Below, piece after piece: positions 22,097-33,751 of a DNA stretch of 64,000 bases (position 1 is the first letter of the stretch; each line of letters begins with the position of its first letter). The stretch is taken from assembly GCA_965240325.2 (NCBI GenBank), contig OZ251240.1, positions 682,001-746,000 of the forward strand. Direction: 5' to 3'. The notes below the pieces were generated by a model, which was not told where the DNA came from, made no database searches, and worked only from the letters and a program-made list of their open reading frames with translations. The DNA comes from Rebecca billardiae RCC1528 (taxonomy: Eukaryota; Protista; Haptophyta). Position numbers and translations under genes: made by a program.

Positions 22097-24334
22097 ATGG
22101 CGGCGATGCTGCTCCCGAGAATCGTCGCGGTCGTGCTGACACTCGGCGCGCTGCAGCGTCCGGGCGTGCGCGTGCAGAGGCCCATCGGGGCCCGATGCGT
22201 AGCATGTCAGCCCGTGTTCGCGATGAGCCCCGCCACGGGCGCCACCGCCAGCGTCGCGCGTGTCGCAAACGCCACGCAGCAGACGTCGGCGCAGCCACGG
22301 CCGACGCCGCCGTCGCCGCCACCGCCGGGCGCGGCGGCGGCGACAGCCCCACGGAGACGCGCTCAGACGAGCACAGGCGCGCGCCCCCGCCGAACGAGCA
22401 AGCTGAGCGCGCGCTGGTCGCGCAACTATGACCTGCTCCTTGGGTTCCGCGAGCGCGAGGGCCACACGCGCGTGCCGCAGGCGCACGTGGAGGAGGGCGT
22501 GAGGCTGGGGCGCTGGCTGAGCAGGCAGCGCGCGGCGCTCCGCGGCGGCAGCCTGAGCGCGGAGCAGACCGCCAAGCTCCGCGCCGCGGGCGTCGAGCGC
22601 AGCCGCCACGACGCGCGCTGGGAGCGCGCGTACGCCGCCCTCCTCGCCTTCCGTGAGCGCGAGGGCGACGCGCGCGTTCCGAGCCGGCACGTCGAGGGCG
22701 GCGTGCGGCTGGGCACGTGGCTCGAGTCGCAGCGCAAGGCGATGCGCGGCGGGACGCTGCAGCCGGCGCGGTGCGCGCAGCTCGAGCGGGCCGGCGTCGA
22801 GCTCGAACCCGCCGCCGCGCCCGCCAACGCGACCACGCCCGACGGCGCGGAGTGGTCGCTTGGGCTCGAGGCCCTCGCCGCCTTTGTGACACGGAACGGA
22901 CACGCGGACGTGCCGCGCGCGCACGTCGAGCCCGTGCCGCTCGGCGCGGACGGCGCGGAGCGCGCGGGCGCCGCCGTGCCCGACGCATCGCGCACCGAGG
23001 CCGTCCCCCTGGGCGCGTGGCTGTCGCGGCAGCGCGCCGCGCGCGCCGCGCGCCGGCTGGCGCCGTCGCGCGAGGCCGAGCTGAGCGCTCTTAACGTGAG
23101 CTGGGCCGCCGTGCGCGAGGCGCGGTGGGAGCGCAGCTACGCGAAGCTGCGCCAGTTCCGCGCGCGCGAGGGCCACTACCACGTGCCGCGCACCCACGTC
23201 GAGGACGGCGTGCAGCTCGGCGCGTGGCTCAACAACCAGCGCACGGCGCTCAAGCGCGGCCGGCTGCCCGCGCACCGCCTGGAGCGACTGCGCGCGTATC
23301 TCAACACGGAGCGCGCGGCGCTCTCGCGCGCGACGACGCTCGCGGCGTCGAGCGCGCAGCGGCAGGCGAACGCGAGCGAGCCGCCGAAGGGCGGCCCGCT
23401 CGTCGCGCCCGCGCCGCCTCCCGACCCGCCGCTCGTCTCCAAGCCGCCCGCCTCGTTCGCGGCGCTGCTGACGCAGGCGAGCGCCGCCGCGCGGCTGGCG
23501 ATCGCAGACGGGCTTCGGCTGCTCGAGGTTGAGTTCCCGCCGCTGCCCTCGCGCGTGCTGGCGGACGCGACGGCGTACGACATCGGCGCTGCGAACGTCA
23601 AGCTGGCGCTCAGCTTCGCCGCGGGGCTCGGCATGCGCACCGCCGTCGCCGTGCCCGACCGCCGCGCGCTCGCGCGCGCGCTGCGCGTGACGGGCGGGCG
23701 CGCGTCGCCTTTTGCCAACGTGACGTTGCACGCGCTCACGCAGACGTCGTCCCAGACGGTGCCCGAGGCGGGGATCCCCGTGATCGGCCGGCTGTTCGAG
23801 TCGCGCGTGCTCACGCCCGCGTGGGACGCGGACGCGTACGTCGTGCTCCTCTCGAGCTCGCAGGAGCTCCCCGACGTCGAGCAGCTCGCGGGTGTCGAGA
23901 AGGGGAAGCCAGTGATCCTCTTCAACCTCAAGCTGGACACGCTGCGCGGCGAGCTGGGGCTGCCCACCTACCCGCGGCGCGCGCTGCACCACCGCTTCCT
24001 CAGCTTCGTGCGCCCGGTGTACTTCTTCCTCGCGCGCTCGTACTCGGCCTCGCTCACCAGCCCGCCCTACGTGCTGCCCTTCTCCGGCGCGCTCTTCCGC
24101 GTGTACCCGGAGGACTACCAGACGCTGCTGGACACGGGCTCGGGCGCGTTCAGGCGCGTCGCGGCCGCGGCGCGCCGGCCGGCGCTGAGCGAGTTCAAGA
24201 GCACGCTGGTGAGCTCGCTGCCCGAGGTGCGCGGCGTCGACCCGAAGGCGATGCTCACGCGGATGGTCGCCACGCGGACGTGGTTCGAGGAGGACCCGCG
24301 CAAGCAGGAGCGCTCGAGCGAGTGGCGCTCGTGA
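22097..24334 (+). CDS. Plastid-targeted fusion of 4 helicase-associated (HA) repeats and a DUF1995/LPA3-like domain
   Basis: Signal peptide plus Ser/Thr/Pro/Arg-rich transit-like region; four W...Y..L..F..REGH..VP..H....LG.WL..QR repeats; C-terminal LLEVEFPPLP...PVILFNLKLDTLRGELG..YP...HHRFLS..RPVY...GALFRVYPEDYQ. A single 745-aa ORF, and the start may be a few codons later. Confidence 0.88.
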   Translation: MAAMLLPRIVAVVLTLGALQRPGVRVQRPIGARCVACQPVFAMSPATGATASVARVANATQQTSAQPRPTPPSPPPPGAAAATAPRRRAQTSTGARPRRTSKLSARWSRNYDLLLGFREREGHTRVPQAHVEEGVRLGRWLSRQRAALRGGSLSAEQTAKLRAAGVERSRHDARWERAYAALLAFREREGDARVPSRHVEGGVRLGTWLESQRKAMRGGTLQPARCAQLERAGVELEPAAAPANATTPDGAEWSLGLEALAAFVTRNGHADVPRAHVEPVPLGADGAERAGAAVPDASRTEAVPLGAWLSRQRAARAARRLAPSREAELSALNVSWAAVREARWERSYAKLRQFRAREGHYHVPRTHVEDGVQLGAWLNNQRTALKRGRLPAHRLERLRAYLNTERAALSRATTLAASSAQRQANASEPPKGGPLVAPAPPPDPPLVSKPPASFAALLTQASAAARLAIADGLRLLEVEFPPLPSRVLADATAYDIGAANVKLALSFAAGLGMRTAVAVPDRRALARALRVTGGRASPFANVTLHALTQTSSQTVPEAGIPVIGRLFESRVLTPAWDADAYVVLLSSSQELPDVEQLAGVEKGKPVILFNLKLDTLRGELGLPTYPRRALHHRFLSFVRPVYFFLARSYSASLTSPPYVLPFSGALFRVYPEDYQTLLDTGSGAFRRVAAAARRPALSEFKSTLVSSLPEVRGVDPKAMLTRMVATRTWFEEDPRKQERSSEWRS

Positions 24335-24439
24335 TCGGTGGTGAGGCGTGAGGGTGGTCGTCGTGCCTCTCAGACTCAGTGTCCGTGCTGGAACGTGACG
24401 AACCATCTCGTCATCAATGCTCTTCGCATGCTGTCAGGT

Positions 24440-25184
<745 letters not shown>

Positions 25185-26953
25185 TGATGATCGTCGCGCC
25201 GTCGACCGACCGCCGACTGTGTTACTACCGCTCGCCGCGACTACGACGGCAGTCACTAACTGACAATAACTGCACGGTATATTTTCTTCACACTTGTCAC
25301 TTGCATATTTTGCGCGCGGCTGAATACGTGCGCGATGGTTTTATTACGCGTTTGTGTGCCCGATGCAGTGACGGATCGATTCAGCGACCTCGATTTAGGG
25401 GATACCAACTTCGGCTGTCACGTATGTCGCATATATATAGCCGTCATCGAGTCCGGATAGGTCCGGATTGGGATTTGGGCCGAATTCCGAAGGCTCCCCG
25501 GACCCACCCTGCACCCACCCACCCACCCCGGGGCCGGGGCTTCACTTTCAGCACACCTCAAGCGAGCTAATGCCAGCCCATGCGCGTGCTGTGACTCGAT
25601 GCCGATGGCCCCAGCGTGGCCTGTGGGTGCCCCAATGCGGCGGCAACCCCTTCTCTGCCGCCTGTAGTTCGCCTCAGATGTGCTCCGCGGACAACGGTGG
25701 GGCAGCCGTGCTGCACCGTTGTCGTCGTGCGACCGCGACCGTGACACGCCACATCCGCACAGAGGCCGTAGTGATGCATGGGGCGACTCTGATGTGGACG
25801 GGGGTGACTGAACTACATGAGGATACAAGCTGCCCCGCGCCTGACTGTAGTAGTGCACTTTGAATGGTTGTCGTGCAGCCGCCACGGACTACTCGTGTCA
25901 GTGTGAGAGCACAGCACGACAGCAGATTCGCAGCACACGCAACACAGCATCCACGCCTGTCACATTGGTCGAGACGCACCTTAGCAGCTATCCGGAGGGG
26001 ACCAGAGACATGCCTCACAGCCTCCCCCACACAACGCACCCACAAAGTACCTCAGCTAGCAGAGCCGACGGAAGCGGCACGCGGATGCTGCGCGGCTCAT
26101 GCACTGATGCAGCAGACGTTTGCCAGCCAGGCGCCGCGCGCGATCGCGTGCATCGTGCAGGTCGCAAGCGGGTGGACAACGACCCGGGCCGGCCACGGTG
26201 AGGGTACACGGCATCCTTGCTCCTGCGCACCATGCCCAGCGTGATTCCCGCCGACGCACCAGCTTCTACGCCTCGCCGGGGCCGGGGCTTCCCCACCGCC
26301 ACCACGCACACGGAGCCTACCCCCATACCCGGTACTCGGCTCACAATGCTGTCAATGCAAGCGATCCCAGTTGAAGATGTCCAGCGAAGGTTCCCACTGC
26401 GTCGTCGTTCCCCTCCACATCTATCATCGATGGCAACACATCAGTCGTCATCATGAATGAAGAATGTGCCGATGAATATTGCTGCCTACATGCATACCAT
26501 ACTGCCTGCGGACGAGGCGGTGTGAAACGTTTTGAAAAGGTTGGCTTAAGCTAATTAGCATCTTGTAGTATGTGGGCATCAATCAGCCGAGTGCTAAGTG
26601 TAATAATTGACGACACATTGATGAGAGGGGTGCCTGAGAGCTGTGCGTCTCTTATCCATAGTAAATTGTACTTTCATCAGCTTTGCAACTTGTTTCAGCT
26701 GGTATCGCCAAAAACGCCTGATGGGCAGCAGACATCCACGCCTACCCGCCGCCGCCGTCGTCGCCCACCACGTCCACCTCTGAACCCATAGTCACCTTAC
26801 GAAATCCTCGTCGGCTCAAGGCGCACCGGGCGCCTCCGGCGCACAAGGGCGCGCTCATTCGCGTCCTAGCCTTGCATCGGCCGCGTCATTGAACATAGCG
26901 CATGGCCTCGGATACACCCGCAGCCCCGACGACCTCCGTTTCTGGTCACGACA

Positions 26954-27988
26954 ATGTGGATGGTTCAGGCATCAAAGTGGCTGCGCGGCGACTGCGAGCC
27001 CGAGCGGGCTGTTCACAATGCTGTGAACGCTGCGGCCGTGGCCTCGGGCTCCGACGGTGATGCCGGCGCAGCGCAGGGCGTGTGGCGCGACGACAAGTCT
27101 ACGATTGCCCTCGAGTCTTTTCTCGAGGACAACGTCATGCTCGACGCAGCAGTCGTTGCAGAGCTGGATCGACTGCTGATGTGCAACGCGAGCGCGGACG
27201 CGTCCACTGGAGATGGTGACGATCGTTCGCAGATGTCCCGTGGCGCCGTCGAGGTTGTCCGGCGCGCGCTCTGCGACGAGTCCGCGCCGACATCCACCGA
27301 TCCACCGCTACCGGCCACGCGCCCTTTGTCTACCTTCGCGGGCGTGGCGGCACTCCCGCAGCATCATCATCGCCATCATCCATGTGCGATGATGGCCGCG
27401 GAGGCGCTGGTGGATGCCTGCATTGCTGGCTTGCCATGCGCGCCTGTGCTGCCGCAGAGCGTCGACCCGTGGCGACCGCCCACGCTGGCCCCACCGGCCA
27501 CACCTACGCCTCGAGACGCTGTGTTCGATCGCCACATTGCGTTCGGGGAGTCGGTGCCGCTATCGACTGCTGTGGCCCATCATCATCATGAGCTCGGGGA
27601 CCTGGGCGTGCCAGCTTTGCCCCCGCTTCCGCCGCCGCTGCCGGGCATCATCGAGCCGCCCGTGCCCCGGACGCAGCGAATGTACATCGGGGTGCGCTCC
27701 CGCCGGCCCGCGCATGGCAGCGAGAAGCGCGTAAAGCCGTACCACGGCCGCGTGCGCTTCAAGGGTAAAGAGCACTACACGAAATTCTTCTCGTCGCCGG
27801 AGGGTGCTGCGCGCGCACGCGACGCGCTCATCATCCGGCTCGGGCTCCATCACACACGCAGGCTCAACTTTCCGCCGGGCGTGATGCACGATCCCAAGCG
27901 CATGGGACGGCAAGATCCCTCCAGAAATGTCCGCTTGGGGCTGCACAGCAGCGCATCGCCCGGCGTCCACCACCACCCTGTCGCGTAA
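26954..27988 (+). CDS. AP2/ERF-domain transcription factor
   Basis: C-terminal YIGVR...KPYHGRVRFKGKEHYTKFFSSPEGAARARDALIIRLG...LNFP. The start is uncertain. Confidence 0.8.
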   Translation: MWMVQASKWLRGDCEPERAVHNAVNAAAVASGSDGDAGAAQGVWRDDKSTIALESFLEDNVMLDAAVVAELDRLLMCNASADASTGDGDDRSQMSRGAVEVVRRALCDESAPTSTDPPLPATRPLSTFAGVAALPQHHHRHHPCAMMAAEALVDACIAGLPCAPVLPQSVDPWRPPTLAPPATPTPRDAVFDRHIAFGESVPLSTAVAHHHHELGDLGVPALPPLPPPLPGIIEPPVPRTQRMYIGVRSRRPAHGSEKRVKPYHGRVRFKGKEHYTKFFSSPEGAARARDALIIRLGLHHTRRLNFPPGVMHDPKRMGRQDPSRNVRLGLHSSASPGVHHHPVA

Positions 27989-28038
27989 GCACTAAGTCTC
28001 AGTCCGTGGCCTCGCAGGCGGGCGGCTGAATGAATATA

Positions 28039-28115
28039 CGGCGCTACCATCGGCGACGGCTTCATGGGCGGTGACAGTTGGCGGGCGTCAATCTCGCCTG
28101 CCTGAGCTGTGTGCG
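28039..28115 (+). repeat. 77-bp perfect direct repeat, identical to 35874-35950
   Basis: CGGCGCTACCATCGGCGACGGCTTCATGGG...CCTGAGCTGTGTGCG at both sites. Confidence 0.95.
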
Positions 28116-28270
28116 GCATATTCTGCTTCGTCAGCTGTATGTATAAGCAGTCGTGCAGTATATGCGCGACTCATCATTGTGAACGTCAACGAGTGTAATA
28201 ACTGTCCGAAACGTCTCGTGCCGACCTCAGTCAGTATAGTAGCCGGTCGCACTATATGACTCAGCACTGA

Positions 28271-30890
28271 TCATCGCGCGGGCGTGCTGGCTGCTGCCGA
28301 CGATACCGGCCCTCCTCCGATATAGCTGTTGCTGCTGTTGTCCAGCGTGGCTTGGCTCGGGTGGCGCGTGCTGTTGGTCGAAGTGACTTCGCTCGGGCGG
28401 CGCGTGCTGTTGGTGGTGACGTAGGTGCTGACGCTGTTGCTGCGCATGCCGGCCGCCTCGCCCTCGAGAGCGCGCGGGGGTGGCGACGCTGCGGCGGTGA
28501 CGGCCGAGCCCGTGGCGCTCACTCCGCTCAGCGCTCGCTTCTGCCACCCCGACTGCGAGTTCTGCCGCTGCGCAGCGCCGAGCGAGCCGTCCGAGCAGCC
28601 GACGGTGCTCCTGCTGAGCCCGTCGATGGAGAGCTCAGGCAGGCTCGAGGCGGTGCGCTCCTCGAGCACCTCGGCGACGAGGCCCTCGCCCTCGACCGAG
28701 CGCCACCCGAAGATGATCCGACCGGCCGCGCACGTGAGCAGCAGCACGTCCCCCTGCACAGGCGGCGCCATCTCACCGGCGTCCAAGTACTCTTGCTGCG
28801 CGGCGCGCGCACGGCGGGCGCGGCGGGGCACGGCCGGGTGGGCAGGCGCACGCGAGGGCGCCGGGGGGGGGGGGAGTGGGCAAAACGTGGCAGCCGGCTG
28901 TCGAGTGCCCCCACCGCGCGCGCACAGCCGGGCACGGAGTGCGCATTGGGCGTCCCGCCGCCCTCCGCGCTGCCGAGCGCGCGCGCATCGCATCGCGCCC
29001 GAGCGCGCTCGCACCGGGTCGCCAAAGCGGCAGCCCACGTCTCGGAAGACCTCGCAGCCCTTCTCGAAGGCCTTGGCGATGTTGGGCGCGCGCGTGGCGT
29101 GCGCCTCGGCCGCGCCGAGGTCCGCGCCGATCGAGTCCGCGAAGCCCGAGGAGAAGTAGCGCGCGGCGGAGTCCTCGGTGATGGTCGCCCAGCAGATCAC
29201 CTTGAGGTGCGCGAGCGCGGGCTCGCGCAGGATCGCCAGGCCGAGGTCGAGCGTGAGGCACGCGTTGAGGAAGACGCACATGAGCTTGGCGGCCGGCGCG
29301 GCGCTGGCCTCGCGCAGCATCGCGATGAAGTGGTCGGCGGACGAGCTCACGTCCACGCGCGAGTTGTCCGACTCGAACGCGAGCGCGGACACGCCGTACC
29401 CGGGCGAGAGCGTGTGCCCGGAGAACATGATGATGCGCGGGCTGAAGCGGAGCACCGACTCCTTGGCGTCGGAGAAGGTGGCGGCCGGGACGATCTCGAG
29501 GTGCACGCGCGGCACCGAGCGCACGAGGAACTTGAGCTCCTGCCCGAGCTTGAGCGGCATCAGCCCGAGCTCGCGCTGCTGCCGCCTCGAGAGCGTCGGG
29601 TTCGAGAAGATGCCGAGCAGCTCGATCCGACCGCCGGCGATCATCGAGCGCTTCTCTTCAAGCTCAAGCTGCGTGCGGAACGCCTGCACGAACGCGAGCC
29701 GCTCGAAGCGGTTGACGCGCCGCGCGCCGTACAGCATCAGCACGACGGCGATCAGCGAGATCGCGAGCGACTTGAGGATCGGGTCGTGCCGGCACGCGCG
29801 GCCGCACGGCAGCGACGGCTCGCGCCGCCAGAGCGCGTGCACCTCCGCGAGCAGCACCGCCAGGAACTCGGCGTACAGCGCAACGCACGTGAGCGCCGTG
29901 TGCACAAAGTCGAGCGCCGAGTTGAGCAGCACCATGATGACGTACAGGAGGAGCCAGACGAGCTCGTACAGGACGAACTGGCTGCACTGCGCGCGAGGCC
30001 GCGAGCAGGGCGGCGGGGCACCGCGCACGCGCACGCGCGCGTCAGCTCAGCGCGCGCCGCGCTCGGCGAGCCGCGCGCGCCGCGGCACGCGCCGCTCACG
30101 TTGAGCTCGCCGATGGCCTCGTCGAGCGGGCGCAGCGAGGTGATGACGAGCAGAAAGGTGGTGAGCGCGCTGGCCATCACGAGCGGCCTCCAGAACCGCC
30201 TGACCACCCGCGTGTGCAGCGCCGCGCTCGCGCCGAGCAGCAGGCAGCACGGCAGCCACGCGTGCGACGCCTTGATCAGCGCCGACACGTGCTTGTACGG
30301 CTCGGCGATCTCGAGGAAGACGACCTCGTAGAAGATGGCCGCTGCGCAGAGCAGGAGGCGGCGCTGCACCTTGGAGGCCTGCAGCTCCGTCGTGTACTGA
30401 TGGTAGGCCATCTCGACGCTCGAGCTGCCGACGAACTGGTTGGTGTACGAGGACTGCCGCAGGCTCTCGTGCCGGTCCGACTTTGTGGTCGTCACGAGCG
30501 CGCGCACGATGGCGTCGGGCTCGCGCGGGTCGACGAGATGGAGGCGCCAGCCGCGGCACGAGCAGTCGGCAGGCTTGCCCAGCTCCGCGCGGCCGTACCC
30601 TCCGGTGCGAAGCCGCGCAAGCGTCCCGGCCGGCGAGCGCACGCCCGCGTGCAATTCGGCCGGCGAAGGCATGTCGGTCACGCCGAGGCCGACCACCGGC
30701 GAGGCCATGGCCTGAGCCGATGGGAGCTCGACAGCGCTGCGGCGGAGCGAGTCGGCGGCGCGGTTGGCCGCCTGAAACTCCCTCTCCGCCGCCTCGATCC
30801 GATTGTCGAGCCCAAGCGCGACGGGCGCGGCGGTCGCCATGGAAATATACCCGGCCAACGTCCCGCCGCGCTCGGTTTTCAAGCACGACA
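28271..30890 (-). CDS. 6-TM membrane protein with a cytosolic CHAT (caspase-like, clan CD) domain; introns about 29987-30100 and 28797-29014
   Basis: FVGSSSVEMAYHQY followed by six hydrophobic segments, then ELLGIFSNP...LKLGQEL, PRIIMFSGH, LAFE and CVFLNAC (His/Cys dyad motifs), and VICW...EDSAA..FS.GF. Confidence 0.8.
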
Positions 30891-30956
30891 TAGGAACGCC
30901 GTCGCCACGTGTTTACCCGCGATCGAGACCCCGCGCGCTCTCGGTCGGCCGACATC

Positions 30957-31849
30957 ATGCTCGCCGCGCTCTCGCTCATCGGCCTGGCCTTCCATGGCTC
31001 CGGGATCGCGACCGGCAGGTCGCGCGTGTCGATGGCGATTGCCACCGACGCCGCCGGCAGGCGCGTCGCCTCCGACGTCACGGAGCTGATTGGCGGCACG
31101 CCGCTCGTCCGGCTGAACCGAGTGACCGACGGGATCGACGGCACAATCCTGGCCAAGCTCGAGTCGATGGAGCCGTGCAACAGCGTGAAGGATCGGATCG
31201 GGTACTCCATGATCGCCGAGGCCGAGAAGCGTGGCGACATCAAGCCTGGCGTCACCAAGCTCGTCGAGCCCACGTCGGGCAACACGGGAATCGCGCTCGC
31301 AATGGTGGCCGCGGCGAAGGGGTATGATATCACGCTCACGATGCCCGCCTCGATGAGCCTTGAGCGCCGCGTGATGCTCAAGGCGTTCGGCGCGAAGCTC
31401 GTGCTCACGCCCGCCGCGAAGGGCATGAAGGGCGCCATCGCCAAGGCGGAGGAGATCGTGCAGAAGGAGAACGCTTACATGCTGCAGCAGTTTGCAAACC
31501 CGGACAACCCCAAGGTCCACCGGTGCGCGCGGCCCGAGCGGCGGCGAAGGGGCGGCGAGCGCGGGCGTGCACCGCGCTGCCCGCCGCACGCGTTCGGCGT
31601 CCGGCCGCACGACTCACCACGCCGGCGCGCCTCCCGCTCCACGCGCGCCGCGCGCGCTCGGCGTGCGCAGCGAGACGACGGGCCCCGAGATCTGGGCGGA
31701 CACGAAGGGCAACTTTGACTTCTTCGTCGGCGGCGTGGGGACGGGCGGGACGGTCACGGGCTGCGCGCAGTACCTCAAGCCGCTGAAGCCCGAGCTCAAG
31801 TTCGTCGCGGTCGAGCCGGTCGAGAGCGCCGTGCTGTCGGGCGGCGCGC

Positions 31850-31886
<37 letters not shown>

Positions 31887-32318
31887 TGTGCCGGACAACG
31901 CAGACACGTCGCTCTTCGACGAGGTGGTGCAGGTGTCGGGCGAGGACGCGATCGGGATGGCGCGCCGCCTGGCCGCAGAGGAGGGGCTGATGGTCGGCAT
32001 CAGCTCGGGCGCGTCGGTGCTCGCGTCGATGGAGATCCTCAAGAAGCCAGAGAACAAGGGCAAGGTGCGGCAGCGCGCGCGCCGTGCGCGCGCGCCGCGC
32101 GCGGGCACGCCCATGGCGGGGCGCGCAAGCGCAGGCGGGCCACACGCGCGCGCCCGCGCGTGACCTCGGGCGCGCCGTGTGCACCCGCCGCGCCGTGGCG
32201 CGCGCAGACGGTCGTGTGCATCATCCCGTCCTTTGGAGAGCGCTACCTCTCGACCGCCCTCTACGAGAACCTCTTCGCCGAGGCCAGCGAGCAGCAGCCT
32301 GAGGAGGTGGACGTCTGA
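30957..32318 (+). CDS. cysK: Cysteine synthase / O-acetylserine(thiol)lyase, plastid-targeted; introns 31523-31670 and 32065-32207
   Basis: [54 protein letters not shown] and [10 protein letters not shown]. Bipartite leader [12 protein letters not shown]. Confidence 0.97.
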
Positions 32319-32685
32319 GCCACACGGCGCTACTCGCATCTCCGTCGCACGGCGCCTAATTGCCCACAGTTCCTCGCGCTGGGTGCGTGTGCTTTCACTG
32401 CGCTGTCTACTGTCGGCCCTACCAGTCAGTGGAGTGCGTCGAAGACCCTGGCCTGGGGCTGGGGCATTCGACTGACCTTGACCCACTAGATACCAGTGGC
32501 AGTGCGGACTCGGCCGGGCGGCCGCCATCGTGGGCTGGCGGAGCCCGCCGCCAACTCGACAAAGCGCTTGCTCCACGCTCCTTCTTGCACACTGGTGCTC
32601 CTTCTTGCACACTGGTTGCTCCGGGGGGCCGGGGCGCCGGTCGCGCTCCTCGCCATCAGTACGTCCGCACTGCACACGCGGCAGC

Positions 32686-33714
32686 ATGGCGCGCGGCGCG
32701 TGCGGGGCGCTGTACGCATTCCTGGCGCTCATCGCCATCAGTAGCACGTCCGCAAAGTGCGGGGTCAGGAGCGACTGTCCGCGCACGTACTCCCTGTCGG
32801 AAGTGAATCGGTCAGCCCTCGCAGGTGACTCGTACAACGGCACGCGCGTCGTCTTGGCCAAGCAGCTGCCTGACCTTTCGATTGCTGCAGCTCATGCCAG
32901 GTGCCGGCACAAGGTGTTCGCAAACGGTGGCTGGTGCTACACGTCTCCCGAGACCGTCAACGGCGACATTGTGCCGCTCTCCTCCGGTGGCTCCTTCTAC
33001 TTCCCGTACGACCACTTGCCAGCGGACTCGCCGCTTGTCGCGCTGCTGCTCGAGCTGCTGCGCGTGGGGCGCACGCCCACCCTCTCGCTGAATGACTTTG
33101 GCGCCGGCGTCGGGATGTACGGCATGGCTCTCGCTGCGCACGACCCGAGCGTCCGGTATCGTGGGTACGACGGTGGGGCCAACGTTGAGGCCGCCAGCTA
33201 TGGCCGGGTGTCTTACTTTGATCTCGCCCAACCACTCCGGCTGCCGATGGCAGACTGGGTCATGTCGACCGAGGTGGGCGAGCATGTGCCCAACCAATTT
33301 GAGGGGACGGTGATGCGCAACCTGCATGCTCACAACTGCCGCGGCATCGTGCTCTCGTGGGCGCGGCTGGGGCAGGGTGGCAAACAGCACGTGAACTGCC
33401 ACAGCAGTGAGTACATTGTGGAGCTATTCCAAGGGCTGGGCTATGTGTACGACGTGGAGCTCACGGACAGGGTGCGCCGAGGAGGGGTGCCACCGTCCTT
33501 TCGGGAGCTATGGCTGCCCTCCGCCTCGGTGATCAGCCGAGCTCGCGAGCAGGACAAGCGCTGGGCACATCCGTCGATTCTCGACAACTCGACAGGCATC
33601 GTGAAGCTGCGATGGCTGCGCAAGACGCTGCATGTCTTCCGCCGTCTCACGCCGCTGCGACACCCGGAGTGCACACCACCATCATTGTCATTTCCAGGAG
33701 CGCACGAATCGTGA
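32686..33714 (+). CDS. Class I SAM-dependent methyltransferase-like protein with a signal peptide or anchor
   Basis: LNDFGAGVGMYG (motif I), YRGYDG, DWVMSTEVGEHVP and LSWA..GQGG..HVNC. Confidence 0.8.
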   Translation: MARGACGALYAFLALIAISSTSAKCGVRSDCPRTYSLSEVNRSALAGDSYNGTRVVLAKQLPDLSIAAAHARCRHKVFANGGWCYTSPETVNGDIVPLSSGGSFYFPYDHLPADSPLVALLLELLRVGRTPTLSLNDFGAGVGMYGMALAAHDPSVRYRGYDGGANVEAASYGRVSYFDLAQPLRLPMADWVMSTEVGEHVPNQFEGTVMRNLHAHNCRGIVLSWARLGQGGKQHVNCHSSEYIVELFQGLGYVYDVELTDRVRRGGVPPSFRELWLPSASVISRAREQDKRWAHPSILDNSTGIVKLRWLRKTLHVFRRLTPLRHPECTPPSLSFPGAHES

Positions 33715-33751
33715 TGGCGGCATGAAGCTCATGACAGACCTTATTGTAGTC

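Noticed and set aside
25190-26900. Gene upstream of the AP2 factor
   Set aside because: Only short, motif-free ORFs. It may hold UTR exons or decayed TE sequence, but nothing can be supported.
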